Shown here: positions 54,123 to 63,645 of the stretch, piece by piece
Numbering within the stretch: the first letter of the stretch is position 1
How the letters are laid out: each line of letters starts with the position of its first letter
NCBI GenBank assembly: GCA_041750285.1
Contig: JBGSZS010000008.1
Location: forward strand, 84,060-148,059
Direction: 5' to 3'
DNA: 64,000 nucleotides
Origin: Candidatus Fermentibacteraceae bacterium
Lineage (GTDB): Bacteria > Fermentibacterota > Fermentibacteria > Fermentibacterales > JCC-6
Made by a program: the position numbers and the translations under genes
The notes under the pieces: model-generated
Databases searched by the model: none
The model's input: the letters and a program-made list of their open reading frames with translations, nothing else
What the model was told of the DNA's origin: nothing

Positions 54123-57100
54123 CTACCTGATCGGAATTTCATCCTTCAAAATGCCCAGTCTGCCCAGAAAGATATTACCGGTCCGGCCGTCGATGCTCAG
54201 CCAGTCACCGGCGGCCAGCTGATGACCGCCAATACTTGCCGTTCCGGTGCTCTCGTCCACCAGAAGCTTTATGCAGTCCACCACGGCAGTTTTCCCGAGG
54301 CGCTTGGCGGTCACCGCCGCGTGTGAGGTCGAGCCTCCCCGGGCCGTGAGAATGCCCTGGACGCGTATAATCATTGTGATGTCTTCGGGGACCGTGTCGG
54401 GTCTCAGAAGCACGATGTTCTCATCGGGGTTGCTTTCGAGCAGCGCCCGGATCTGGTCGGAATTCACTGCCACCCTGCCCGTGTACGCTCCCCCTGAAAC
54501 CCCTATGCCCACCGCGGCGGGAACGACCGAGCCATCCATCGGAGTGTCGAAGCATGGAATGTCCGAGGTGTTCTCGGATACCATGACCCGTTTCTGCAGG
54601 ATGAACAGGTCCTCGCCGGCGGGTGACTCGAAGGTGAACTCTATCTCCTGGGGGTCGTAGTCACGGGATGCCAGCTCTTCGGTCACGGAGAGAAGCGCGC
54701 CGAAAACCTCCGGATAGTCGCTCTCCAGCGAGGACTCGACGCCGTCGTAAGTCGGACTGCCCTTTCTCTGGGCTTCGGATATCGGCAGGGGATACACAAG
54801 CCCGCCCACCAGGTCCTCCCCCTGGCTGCACACGGTGAAGTCGCCGAAAAGCCTCACCTGTCGGCTGTAGGGTTCCCTGGGGTTACGGGTGAAGGTGACT
54901 CCCGAACCCGAATGCCTCCCCTTGTTGCCGAAGACCATCCGCTGAACGACAACCGCGGTCCCCCACTCTTCAGCGATGCCCACGTACTTCCGGAAGAAGC
55001 CTGCATGTGGCGAGTTCCATGAATCAAGTACCCTGTGAACGCAGGCGATCACCTGTTCGAACGGGTCTTCAATGAACCGCACCCCCATCTCCGAAGCCGT
55101 TCGCCGGTATTCCAGGGCCATCTCGCGCATCTGGTCCGGCGAAAAATCGAGCTTGAGCCTTACGCCGTACCTGCCCTTGAACTGGTTCATTATTCCGTCG
55201 AAGACGCCCCTGTCAACACCGGACGACATCGCCCATGTCTGTATGAAACGCCGGTACGAGTCCCAGACCGTCCACTGGTACCCCTCGATTCGGGATATCT
55301 CCCCGGCAAGCTCATCGTTGAGGCCGACATTCACGAAGGTGGTCATAAGACCGGGCATGGAGAAGGCGGCTCCCGACCTGATCGCAAGCATCAAGGGGCG
55401 TGATGGGTTGCCGAGTTCCAGCCCGGTTCTTTCCTCGAGCATCTGCACCGCCCGGCGGATCCGCTCAAGAGTGTCCTTGTAGAGGGGTTCGTAGGACATG
55501 GCGGGCATGGCGGCGAACAGCTCGGTCGTGATTATGAAGCAGTCCGGCACGTTGTGACCGTTCTGGGCGAGTTGCTTGAGGCCCAGTCCCTTGTAGCCCA
55601 GGGTCATCTGATCGTCGGTCGCGGGGTGGCTCTCCCTCAGGTGGGAGATCAGCCCGTCCGAGTCGTAGTTCATCATCCGGGTGAGGGCTTCGGGGCTCAG
55701 CTGCCCTGTGAGTTCGGAAACCAGCCTGTACTTGGCGCCAACGTACCGGTCCAGCGTCTGCAGACCCAGGGCTGAAACCAGGACCTCCCTGAGAACCATC
55801 TCTGAAACGGCGTCGGTGCACATTCCCCTCAGGACGCACTGCCTTGGATCATGCTCCAGCACCGTTCGAAGTATCATCTCGTGGCTGAGCACCGACAGCC
55901 TGGACACCTCCGTGACACTGTTGGAAAGGAACAGGAAGATGTTCCTGTACTGGTTGAATGTAACGCTGTGCCAGGCGAAGCTCGCTTCGAGCATCCCGAT
56001 GTTGGACGAGAGCGACCGTGGGTTGATCCCGTCGAGGGAGAGGGCACGTTCAAACCGGCGCAGTTCCCCGGCCACCCTTTTCAGGAGCGACCTGTTCATG
56101 TAGGGGACGTCGGGCCCTGTCACCACTTCCTCGAAGAGACGGCTGACAAGCTGCTCCACTCTGAAGGAGAGACCCAGCGCATCGAACTTCGGCTCGGAGT
56201 AGTCTCCGTACATCGAAGGGATGCCCGCGGCGATATGCCGCTTGTGGTAGATGTTCTCAACCCCCTCGGAGGGAGTCGGGTCGAGTATCACGTCCTTCAG
56301 TCTTTCCAGAATGTCAAGGCAGGCATCGATGAGTTCATCCCTGCGGAAGGGCTCGGGATTCTCGCGGTAAGCCGCCAGTGCGAGTGCGAAATGCTCCCTG
56401 AGAACACCGTCGAGGGAGAGGAAACCCGCGACTGATCCCTCCAGTGCTTCCGCCGAGGGATGGTACTTCTGAAGCAGAAGCTGGTGCAGTCTTGCCATCA
56501 GTGCAACCCTGTCCCGGTTGAAGGGATCCTGCACCGGAACAGCCTCGAAATCGGCCGTTTCCATCGACAGAACCCTTGTCACCAGCTCTCCCGGTCCCTC
56601 ACCGTCGAGACCCAGTGAGGAGATGTACCTGTGGGGTCCTTCGGCCCAGTGCTTCTCCATCTGAACAGCCGCAAGCACGTTGGGCGACAGGTACGGTTCA
56701 AGGTACGAGGAATCGAGTGTTGCCCAGTACATCATCACCGACCTGCTGAAGCCCACGATGCGGTTGGAGGCCTCGGCGTGTATCTGTTTCCTCAAAAAAT
56801 GCATGAGTGAATCGTGCCTTGTACATGTCTCGTCGATGCGGGTGGAGACCGAACGAAGTTCGCCTTCGGCGCCCACTTCGTTGAAGTAGACGGGGAAGGT
56901 TCGCAGAAGCTGCTTGGCCACGAAGTAGATGGGGCTAATGTCGGCGTTCAGGAAACGGGTGATGTCCCTCTGGAAAAGGTCGGTATCTGCGATGTAGACC
57001 CCTCCAAGCCTCAGCTGAACGTTCAGGGCCGCTGCAAGCCGTTCATACACGGCAGGGTTGGACTCGATGATTCGCATCCAGCACCGGATCTTGGGCAGGT

Positions 57101-58280
57101 GATAGGGATTGACAACCGTTTCCCAGTCGTCCGTGGCGCCCCTTATGTCCGGGTACTGGAAGTTCCAGTACAGGATGTCCTCCATGAGATGATCGGCCGC
57201 CCTTGTGTTCCCCGCTGCTCCGATGGCGGTTCCGATGGCTTCGTAACACTGAAGCCGCGTGATGAGGAACGTATCCGCCCTGTCACGGAAAAAGCCCGTG
57301 AGCCTGCTGAGTATCCTCTCGATGTCGTAACCCAGTCTGGGCTGCATCATGATCTTCACAACTCCCAGAAGGTCCGACATCACTTCGTTCTGCCTGTTGC
57401 CCAGGGTATCGTCCTTGAGGAAGTAAAGACAGACCAGGAAGCGGTCCTCGAGGTCTTCAACCCTGAACACCCTTGCGATGCTTCGATCGATCAGCTCGGA
57501 GTGGTTCGGGAACTCCTGTGACAAAAGGTGCCCGGCATCTGCCACCGCAGCCGCTTCCCTCAGCCGTTGCATCTCGGAGGGTTCGAGAAAGCCGAACCCT
57601 TCCACGATTTGCCCGGGATAGCTCAGTTCGGTGCCGGGCTGGCGGCACCAGTCGACGATGTCGAGCCTTTCGGCCGTGTGGACATAGCCCCTGTCCAGAA
57701 CCTTCCTGTAAAGCTCAAGGCATGGAGTCGTCAGTTCGGGGTGCACACACGCCTTCCGGGCTGTGTCCCGAAGAAGGGTGTCCCTTTCCAGAAAGGCCAC
57801 GGGCTCCCTTGCGAAAGCTTCTTCAAGCGACTGGAGCAGGATCAGCACCGGATCGATGTAGCACTGGGCATGGCGACCGGCGAGCACCGACGACAGCCAC
57901 ATGAACACCTGTCTCAGGAGAGAGGAGGTCTGCTCCCGGGACATGGGCTGCCTTAGAAGCCCTTCCAGGAGTTCAGCCAGCAGGGAGAACAGCAGTTTTC
58001 TGTCGCCGGAGCCCTCGAAGTACGGCCAGTTCCTCAACAGGACGGCCTGAAAACCGTCGAGGATCGCATCGATGTTCCTGAAATCGTGGAAATACTCTTC
58101 GATCGTCTCCACAAGACGCACCCTGACCCCGTAGAGCCCTTCGACCGCATCGACCAGGGGCGCGAAACGCCCGGGAACCACCACCTTCCGGGCAGTGCCG
58201 GCGATGTTCGCCCTCAGCGCGTCGGAATCAACCGGTATCTCTTTCGCTGCCATGCCTCTCCCCCGGAAGAACGCGGACAA
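54123..58280 (-). CDS. 1385-aa protein: long helical N-terminal region of unknown function, PPDK/PEP-synthase N-terminal ATP-grasp nucleotide-binding domain, and C-terminal PEP-utilizing-enzyme mobile (phospho-His swivel) domain
   Basis: PPDK_N motifs (LMLAIRSGAAFSMPGLMTTFVNVGLNDE, AVVVQRMVFGN..SGVTFTRNP, QGEDLVGGLVYP, QEIEFTFES..LFILQKRVMV). C-terminal TARGGSTSHAAVTAKRLGKTAVVDC swivel His motif. No PEP/pyruvate-binding TIM barrel follows. Confidence 0.6.
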   Translation of the reverse strand: MSAFFRGRGMAAKEIPVDSDALRANIAGTARKVVVPGRFAPLVDAVEGLYGVRVRLVETIEEYFHDFRNIDAILDGFQAVLLRNWPYFEGSGDRKLLFSLLAELLEGLLRQPMSREQTSSLLRQVFMWLSSVLAGRHAQCYIDPVLILLQSLEEAFAREPVAFLERDTLLRDTARKACVHPELTTPCLELYRKVLDRGYVHTAERLDIVDWCRQPGTELSYPGQIVEGFGFLEPSEMQRLREAAAVADAGHLLSQEFPNHSELIDRSIARVFRVEDLEDRFLVCLYFLKDDTLGNRQNEVMSDLLGVVKIMMQPRLGYDIERILSRLTGFFRDRADTFLITRLQCYEAIGTAIGAAGNTRAADHLMEDILYWNFQYPDIRGATDDWETVVNPYHLPKIRCWMRIIESNPAVYERLAAALNVQLRLGGVYIADTDLFQRDITRFLNADISPIYFVAKQLLRTFPVYFNEVGAEGELRSVSTRIDETCTRHDSLMHFLRKQIHAEASNRIVGFSRSVMMYWATLDSSYLEPYLSPNVLAAVQMEKHWAEGPHRYISSLGLDGEGPGELVTRVLSMETADFEAVPVQDPFNRDRVALMARLHQLLLQKYHPSAEALEGSVAGFLSLDGVLREHFALALAAYRENPEPFRRDELIDACLDILERLKDVILDPTPSEGVENIYHKRHIAAGIPSMYGDYSEPKFDALGLSFRVEQLVSRLFEEVVTGPDVPYMNRSLLKRVAGELRRFERALSLDGINPRSLSSNIGMLEASFAWHSVTFNQYRNIFLFLSNSVTEVSRLSVLSHEMILRTVLEHDPRQCVLRGMCTDAVSEMVLREVLVSALGLQTLDRYVGAKYRLVSELTGQLSPEALTRMMNYDSDGLISHLRESHPATDDQMTLGYKGLGLKQLAQNGHNVPDCFIITTELFAAMPAMSYEPLYKDTLERIRRAVQMLEERTGLELGNPSRPLMLAIRSGAAFSMPGLMTTFVNVGLNDELAGEISRIEGYQWTVWDSYRRFIQTWAMSSGVDRGVFDGIMNQFKGRYGVRLKLDFSPDQMREMALEYRRTASEMGVRFIEDPFEQVIACVHRVLDSWNSPHAGFFRKYVGIAEEWGTAVVVQRMVFGNKGRHSGSGVTFTRNPREPYSRQVRLFGDFTVCSQGEDLVGGLVYPLPISEAQRKGSPTYDGVESSLESDYPEVFGALLSVTEELASRDYDPQEIEFTFESPAGEDLFILQKRVMVSENTSDIPCFDTPMDGSVVPAAVGIGVSGGAYTGRVAVNSDQIRALLESNPDENIVLLRPDTVPEDITMIIRVQGILTARGGSTSHAAVTAKRLGKTAVVDCIKLLVDESTGTASIGGHQLAAGDWLSIDGRTGNIFLGRLGILKDEIPIR

Positions 58281-58722
58281 TCCCGCCGGGCCCAGGGCCC
58301 CGGATCAACTCGGTGAAGCCTTCTTGGGCAAAAACAAGGTCTGCTGCCATCGGATATGATAAGCTCCGGGCTGCAGCGAGGCAAACCTCTATGATGAGCA
58401 TTCCTTTAGCGGCTTTCCCGTTTTGTCCGGGCTCACCGCGATACGGAAATCCCTGTCCGCGGCAGTCCGGGATATCAATGGCAACCGGCCGCGCAGCTGC
58501 CATCAACAGTCGCCTAACTAAAGTCCCGTCCGGCAAGCATCAGGAACTCTTCGAAGTCCATGGCAGCTCTTGTTTCGTCATATGCCGACTGCCGGAATGA
58601 TTGAATGGCCTGAGGCATAAGCGTCCCTGAAAAGGAAATCGATCATCGGATCCGGCGGTCGGGCTCATCACAGATCAGAGCAAGGGAACGGATGCAACAA
58701 GGATGCCTCAGGACAGGCCGCC

Positions 58723-60195
58723 TCACGTGGAAGCGCTGACCCTCCGGAAGTGGTGGCCGTATATCGCAAGGGAAATGGCCTGGGGAAAGAGCCTGGGCTT
58801 GTGGGTGAGCGTCCAGAACCATAGCCGCCAGTACTGATATCGCTCGGGTCCCAGGATGCCCAGCCTGAAAATTGACCTGAAAAACGCCATCAGGTTGGAG
58901 CGGTCCCTTCGAACACCGACCCTGGGGGGTCTCAATTCCCGCAGGAAGCTTATCACCCTGTCGTAGTAGACCCTGGGCGAGTATATGTGTGTCAGCAAAT
59001 TCCTGTAACCCTCGTGCAGAACGTCTGGATCCATGAGTGTCACGATGTTCGTCGAGCCGTCGGAATTGTCTCCCGACATTTCGGTGTTGAGCCGGCCCTC
59101 CTTCTCCATCCGCCGGTACAGCCTGGTCCCGTAGGGGGCCTGCAGCAGGCCCACCATTGCGGTGACAACACCGCTGTGGGCAATGAAGTCCATCTGCTGC
59201 TGGAAGATGCTCGGCGTGTCGGTGTCGAAGCCCAGGATGAAGCCGCCCTGAACTTCGAGCCCCGCCCTCTGCAGCCGTTTCACGCTTGCAAGCAGGTCGC
59301 GTCCACGGTTCTGGCTTTTGCTGCACTCCGCAAGACCATCCTCACTCGGGGTTTCGATGCCCACGAATACGGTGTTGAAGCCGGCCTCGACCATGAGCTT
59401 CATCAGCAGGTCATCATCGGAGAGGTTGATCGAGACTTCGGTATTGAAAGGTATTCCCTTCTTGTCACGGCGCCAGCTGATCAGTGCCGGCAGCACATCT
59501 TCCTTGAGCTGTCGGGCATTCCCTATGAAGTTGTCATCCACCACGAATACGGAGCCCCGCCAGCCCAGACCGTACAGTACGTCCAACTCGGCAATGAGCT
59601 GATCCGAGGTCTTGGTTCGGGGAACGCGCCCGAACATGGATGTGATGCTGCAGAATTCGCAGTTGAACGGGCACCCTCTCGAAAACTGGATGTTCATTGT
59701 CGCGTAGTGCTTCATGTCAACAAGATCCCAACGGGGCACCGGAGTCCTTCTGATGTCGGGGAAAACGGTCGTGGTGTACATTGGCCGGGGGGTTCCGCGC
59801 GCCAGATCGCAAAGGAACAAGGGCAATGTCACCTCGGCCTCATTGAGCACGAAATGATCAACACCCGGAAAGTCACCGTGTTCGCCCGAAAACAATGGTC
59901 CGCCGGCCACGACCGTGAGCCCGGCCGCCCTGCACCGGTCGATCACACGGTGGGCGTCGTCCCGCTGGATCACCATAGCGCTCACGAAGGCATAATCGGC
60001 CCAGGCGATGTCATCATCGGAAAGGGCAGTCACGTTCAGGTCAAGAAGCCTGAGATTCCACTCCGATGGCAGCATGGCGGCAACGGTTATCAAACCGAGC
60101 GGAGGGGTTCCGGTCTTCTTGTGAACGAATTTGAGAGCGTGCTTCAGGCCCCAGAACGTGTCGGCGAACATGGGATAAACGAGCAGAATATTCAT
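58723..60195 (-). CDS. B12-binding (class B) radical SAM enzyme
   Basis: N-terminal cobalamin-binding Rossmann-like region (MNILLVYPMF..TGTPPLGLITVAAML) and radical SAM cluster motif GCPFNCEFC. Confidence 0.8.
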   Translation of the reverse strand: MNILLVYPMFADTFWGLKHALKFVHKKTGTPPLGLITVAAMLPSEWNLRLLDLNVTALSDDDIAWADYAFVSAMVIQRDDAHRVIDRCRAAGLTVVAGGPLFSGEHGDFPGVDHFVLNEAEVTLPLFLCDLARGTPRPMYTTTVFPDIRRTPVPRWDLVDMKHYATMNIQFSRGCPFNCEFCSITSMFGRVPRTKTSDQLIAELDVLYGLGWRGSVFVVDDNFIGNARQLKEDVLPALISWRRDKKGIPFNTEVSINLSDDDLLMKLMVEAGFNTVFVGIETPSEDGLAECSKSQNRGRDLLASVKRLQRAGLEVQGGFILGFDTDTPSIFQQQMDFIAHSGVVTAMVGLLQAPYGTRLYRRMEKEGRLNTEMSGDNSDGSTNIVTLMDPDVLHEGYRNLLTHIYSPRVYYDRVISFLRELRPPRVGVRRDRSNLMAFFRSIFRLGILGPERYQYWRLWFWTLTHKPRLFPQAISLAIYGHHFRRVSAST

Positions 60196-60232
60196 TTTGT
60201 CATTCTTTCTAATTATTTTTTTATTTGAGAAT

Positions 60233-60261
60233 ATTATATGAAATTACAAGCACTGGGTCAA
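60233..60261 (-). promoter_or_regulatory. Sigma70-like promoter (TTGACC-N17-TATAAT) for the radical SAM gene, in an AT-rich patch
   Basis: Minus-strand reading cTTGACCcagtgcttgtaatttcaTATAATat. -35 at 60256..60261, -10 at 60233..60238, about 35 nt upstream of the ATG at 60195. The local AT content is very high for this contig. Confidence 0.4.
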
Positions 60262-60422
60262 GATCAAAAAATACAGATAAGCTGTGTTGACCTGATCGGT
60301 CACACCAGCGGGACAATACACATGCGGGTACCTTCGGGACGGGCGAGGATGTTTCATGCAGACCGGGAAGAAGGGGCCGAAGAAGGGTTACCGGGTGTGA
60401 CTTCCGATGGGGACCCTCAGGT

Positions 60423-61238
60423 TCATCCCAGCGCCACATCCAGCATCATCATCACAGCGAAGCCGGCCAGGGTGGTAATGGTCACCATGTCGATGTTCGC
60501 AGGGGTGCGTTGTGATTCGGGGATAAGCTCCTCCACCACCACGAAGATCATTGCGCCTGCGGCAAAACAAAGGGCGTAGGGCAGCACTTCCTGCATGTGC
60601 AGGACGAACGCGGCGCCGCAAACGCCCGCCACCGGTTCGACGATGCCGGACGCCTGTCCTGCCAGGAAGCTTTTACCCCTGCCCATTCCCTCACGTCTCA
60701 GCGGCAATGACACGGCCGCCCCTTCGGGAAAGTTCTGAAGGCCGATCCCGATCGCAAGGGCAACGGCCCCTCCCAGTGTGGCTGAAGGAAGACCTGCCGC
60801 CACGGCTCCGAATGCGACGCCCACTGCAAGACCCTCGGGGATGTTGTGCAGCGTGATCGCAAGTACCAGCAGCGTGCTTCGCTGCCAGGACGTCCTTATG
60901 CCCTCGATGCTCTCCATTCCCATGCCGGGGTGAAGGTGCGGAAGGATGCGGTCGGTCAGCCTCATGAAAAGTCCGCCCGCCATGAACCCGACCGCTGCCG
61001 TTAGCCATGCCGTCTGGCCCATCTGTCCGGCCATCTCAATGCCGGGCGCCAGAAGTGACCAGAAACTGGCGGCTATCATGACCCCTGCGGCAAAGCCAAG
61101 CATCGAATCCATCACCCTGGGTTTGACGGTTCCGGTGAAGAAAACAAGCCCTGCGCCAAGGGCGGTCACTCCCCAGGTGAACAGGGTGGCCATCAGTGCC
61201 TGAACCACCGGTCCGCTCCCGAGAAAGAATTCGATCAT
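60423..61238 (-). CDS. ZIP family metal (zinc) transporter
   Basis: TLHNIPEGLAVGVAFG and later ..NFPEGAAVSLPL match the ZIP/ZupT signatures. Eight TM helices. Confidence 0.75.
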   Translation of the reverse strand: MIEFFLGSGPVVQALMATLFTWGVTALGAGLVFFTGTVKPRVMDSMLGFAAGVMIAASFWSLLAPGIEMAGQMGQTAWLTAAVGFMAGGLFMRLTDRILPHLHPGMGMESIEGIRTSWQRSTLLVLAITLHNIPEGLAVGVAFGAVAAGLPSATLGGAVALAIGIGLQNFPEGAAVSLPLRREGMGRGKSFLAGQASGIVEPVAGVCGAAFVLHMQEVLPYALCFAAGAMIFVVVEELIPESQRTPANIDMVTITTLAGFAVMMMLDVALG

Positions 61239-61422
61239 CTCACTCCACCTGTCAGTGTTTCAAGGAAAGCGCTTCCGGCCCTTCGGGCGATTCCCCCCTG
61301 ATCCCACACAGGATGGGCGGGCAGAACTGAAAACAGCCCAACTCGTTCCCATTCAATTGCATTAATGTCGTATCATAGAAACGGACCAATGAAAAGCAAG
61401 CGCATCACAGGCTTGGACTCCG

Positions 61423-62946
61423 ATGGCCTTGATTATTGTACACGCCATGTTATACTTTTTGTTGGAATCGTTTCACGGTCCGAGAGGGAACGAAATAATC
61501 ACTCTTCTCCTTGCCATCATCTCCGGCCCCCAGGAAATACTCTGGACCGCGTTTCCCGACGGTGGCTTCACCGCCGTCCAATGTGCGGGAGATGTTAACG
61601 GAGACGGCACAGGGGACATCTTCGCAGCATCCCTCGAGAACACGGGGTTCGGGATACACTGTCTCGACGGCCTCACTGGTGAGGTGATCTGGAGCAACCA
61701 ATCAACCCTGGGGGTTGCCGGACCGGGCTGTCTGAGAGCGGTGGGCGACGTCAACCTTGATGGAGTGCCCGAGGTGGCCGCCGGCCAGGCAGGCTCTCCC
61801 AGGGTGTTCCTTCTGTGCGGGGCGACAGGCGCGCAGATATGGAGCTCTCCGCAGGACAGGGTCGTGCAGTACGTTGAGGGTGTGGTGGGGCCGGAACCCG
61901 GGGACGTTGCTGTTCTCGCCATGAAGGACGCCGTCTCGAGCTCGGGCGGTATCTCCGCCCTTGACGGCCAGTCCGGCCAGGAACTGTGGTTCAAGTATAC
62001 CTGGTCCACCGACGACGCCTGGATCAGGGTGACCGGGGTCGACATCAGCGGCAACGGCTGGTCGGAGATGGGCTACTCCATCGACCGCGGCTATGCTTGG
62101 AGCGGTTCGGCCGAGGTCTGGGACGGTTACACGGGTGAACTGATATCGAGCCAGCCCACCATATATTATGGATGCATGGATATCTGTGATTCCCCCGTCC
62201 CGAGTCTCGCCGTATCCCACTGGGGGGATCTGCCCAGCACATGGGTGGTGGATCTTCCCTCAGAAGAGCCCGTCTGGGATTCGGGTGAGGAATACGACAT
62301 TTTCGTCACACTTGACTTCATCCAGAACGTTACGGGGCCCAGCGAGCCCAGGGCGGACCTGCTGGGCAACGGCCCCCTGGGTATCTATCTGATAAACGGC
62401 GACAACGGCTTTTACGAAGATGCCTATCCGCTTTCGACTGTGGCAACCGACTGCTTCCACGACGGCAGCCAGTGGTGTCTTGCGGCCCTGACGCAAAACA
62501 CCTTCAACGCCCCTCCACTTGTTTTTTCCTCACCTGTAACAACTCCCCAGACCCAGTTGCCCAACTCCCCCGGGTCATCCATGTGCCTTTTCGAGTCGGA
62601 CCAGTACCCCACTCCCCTTGTCGCCGTTGCCATGGAGGGCGCTTCCGGCCCAGGCATCTGTGTCATTCACACCTCATGGCCAGTGGCGACCGGCGGAACG
62701 TACAGCGAACCAGTGTCCGCGCAGGTTCCGGTAAGCTTCGTGGAATGCCCCGGGACAGGGTTCCTCACTGCGCAGGGAATCGCCGGCGGTGAGGCCGTAA
62801 TACTCGACGCAGCGGGAAGGGTTGTCGGGACTGTCAGGCTGCAGCCCGGCGAAAGGGAGGCATTTCACCTTCCTCCCGGTGTGTACCACCTTGTGGATTC
62901 CGCAACCGGTCTGCTGCTCCAGCGGGGAGTTGTCCTGGCCCGCTGA
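61423..62946 (+). CDS. Secreted FG-GAP/VCBS-repeat propeller-like protein with C-terminal T9SS sorting domain
   Basis: DVNGDGTGDIF and DVNLDGVPEVAAG repeat motifs. C-terminal about 70 aa (..VILDAAGRVVGTVRLQPGEREAFHLPPGVYHLVDSATG..) resemble the T9SS CTD. Start codon uncertain. Confidence 0.5.
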   Translation: MALIIVHAMLYFLLESFHGPRGNEIITLLLAIISGPQEILWTAFPDGGFTAVQCAGDVNGDGTGDIFAASLENTGFGIHCLDGLTGEVIWSNQSTLGVAGPGCLRAVGDVNLDGVPEVAAGQAGSPRVFLLCGATGAQIWSSPQDRVVQYVEGVVGPEPGDVAVLAMKDAVSSSGGISALDGQSGQELWFKYTWSTDDAWIRVTGVDISGNGWSEMGYSIDRGYAWSGSAEVWDGYTGELISSQPTIYYGCMDICDSPVPSLAVSHWGDLPSTWVVDLPSEEPVWDSGEEYDIFVTLDFIQNVTGPSEPRADLLGNGPLGIYLINGDNGFYEDAYPLSTVATDCFHDGSQWCLAALTQNTFNAPPLVFSSPVTTPQTQLPNSPGSSMCLFESDQYPTPLVAVAMEGASGPGICVIHTSWPVATGGTYSEPVSAQVPVSFVECPGTGFLTAQGIAGGEAVILDAAGRVVGTVRLQPGEREAFHLPPGVYHLVDSATGLLLQRGVVLAR

Positions 62947-62955
62947 CCCTTCGCT

Positions 62956-63459
62956 TCAGGGCAAAAAGCCCACCCAACCGTCCGCATCGGACGCTTCGAG
63001 GAGTTTCCAGTTCTCACCGGGCGCGCGCGAGACCAGAAGGCTCCAGCTGCCCCCGCTGCTGATGTAATCGGGGCCGGTTCCGGTGAAATCGAGCTGGAAG
63101 TCGAAGGACAGAAGAGCCTCATCGGGCGACAGGTACTGAACCGAAGCGTTTTCCTCATCGATGGAAAGGCATATCTCGGAACACCCCTCGAAGAAGAACG
63201 CGATCCAGTCTGTCTGGAGTTCGGCGTTCCATCCCGAATCAACGACCCCGTCGCCGTCGTAATCGTCCCAGCAGGACTCGGGAATGGTGTGGAAGTACCC
63301 TTCCTGAAGCACGTACGAGAACAGACCCGGATCCTGGTAGCTGTACGCCTCTTCGAGCGAGGTCAGAACATCGAGAGGGGTTCCCTCCTCACCTGGACCC
63401 GTGGTGTTGCTGCCGCACCCCGCGGCAAGCAGCGCTGCGGCCACAGCCAGCCTTCTCAT
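62956..63459 (-). CDS. Lipoprotein (hypothetical)
   Basis: Lipobox LAAGC after MRRLAVAAALL. Confidence 0.4.
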   Translation of the reverse strand: MRRLAVAAALLAAGCGSNTTGPGEEGTPLDVLTSLEEAYSYQDPGLFSYVLQEGYFHTIPESCWDDYDGDGVVDSGWNAELQTDWIAFFFEGCSEICLSIDEENASVQYLSPDEALLSFDFQLDFTGTGPDYISSGGSWSLLVSRAPGENWKLLEASDADGWVGFLP

Positions 63460-63645
63460 GGTTCACTTCCCTTCCGGCACGACAAATCATACGATGATTC
63501 CACTTTCCTGAAAGGTCAAGTCCTTTTCCCCTGCCCGTGGATACGGGCCGGCACGATCTGACCGGTATTCATGCATATTGCCACTATTCTGGCCACATGT
63601 ATATTACATTATTCATTGATGCCCATTCCAACGATCCGGGAGCGA

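Noticed and set aside
58281-58722. 440-nt gap upstream of the giant phosphotransferase gene examined for a cobalamin or other riboswitch
   Set aside because: No B12-box (GCCACTG) or other riboswitch core could be recognised by eye. Left as a check with Infernal rather than a call.
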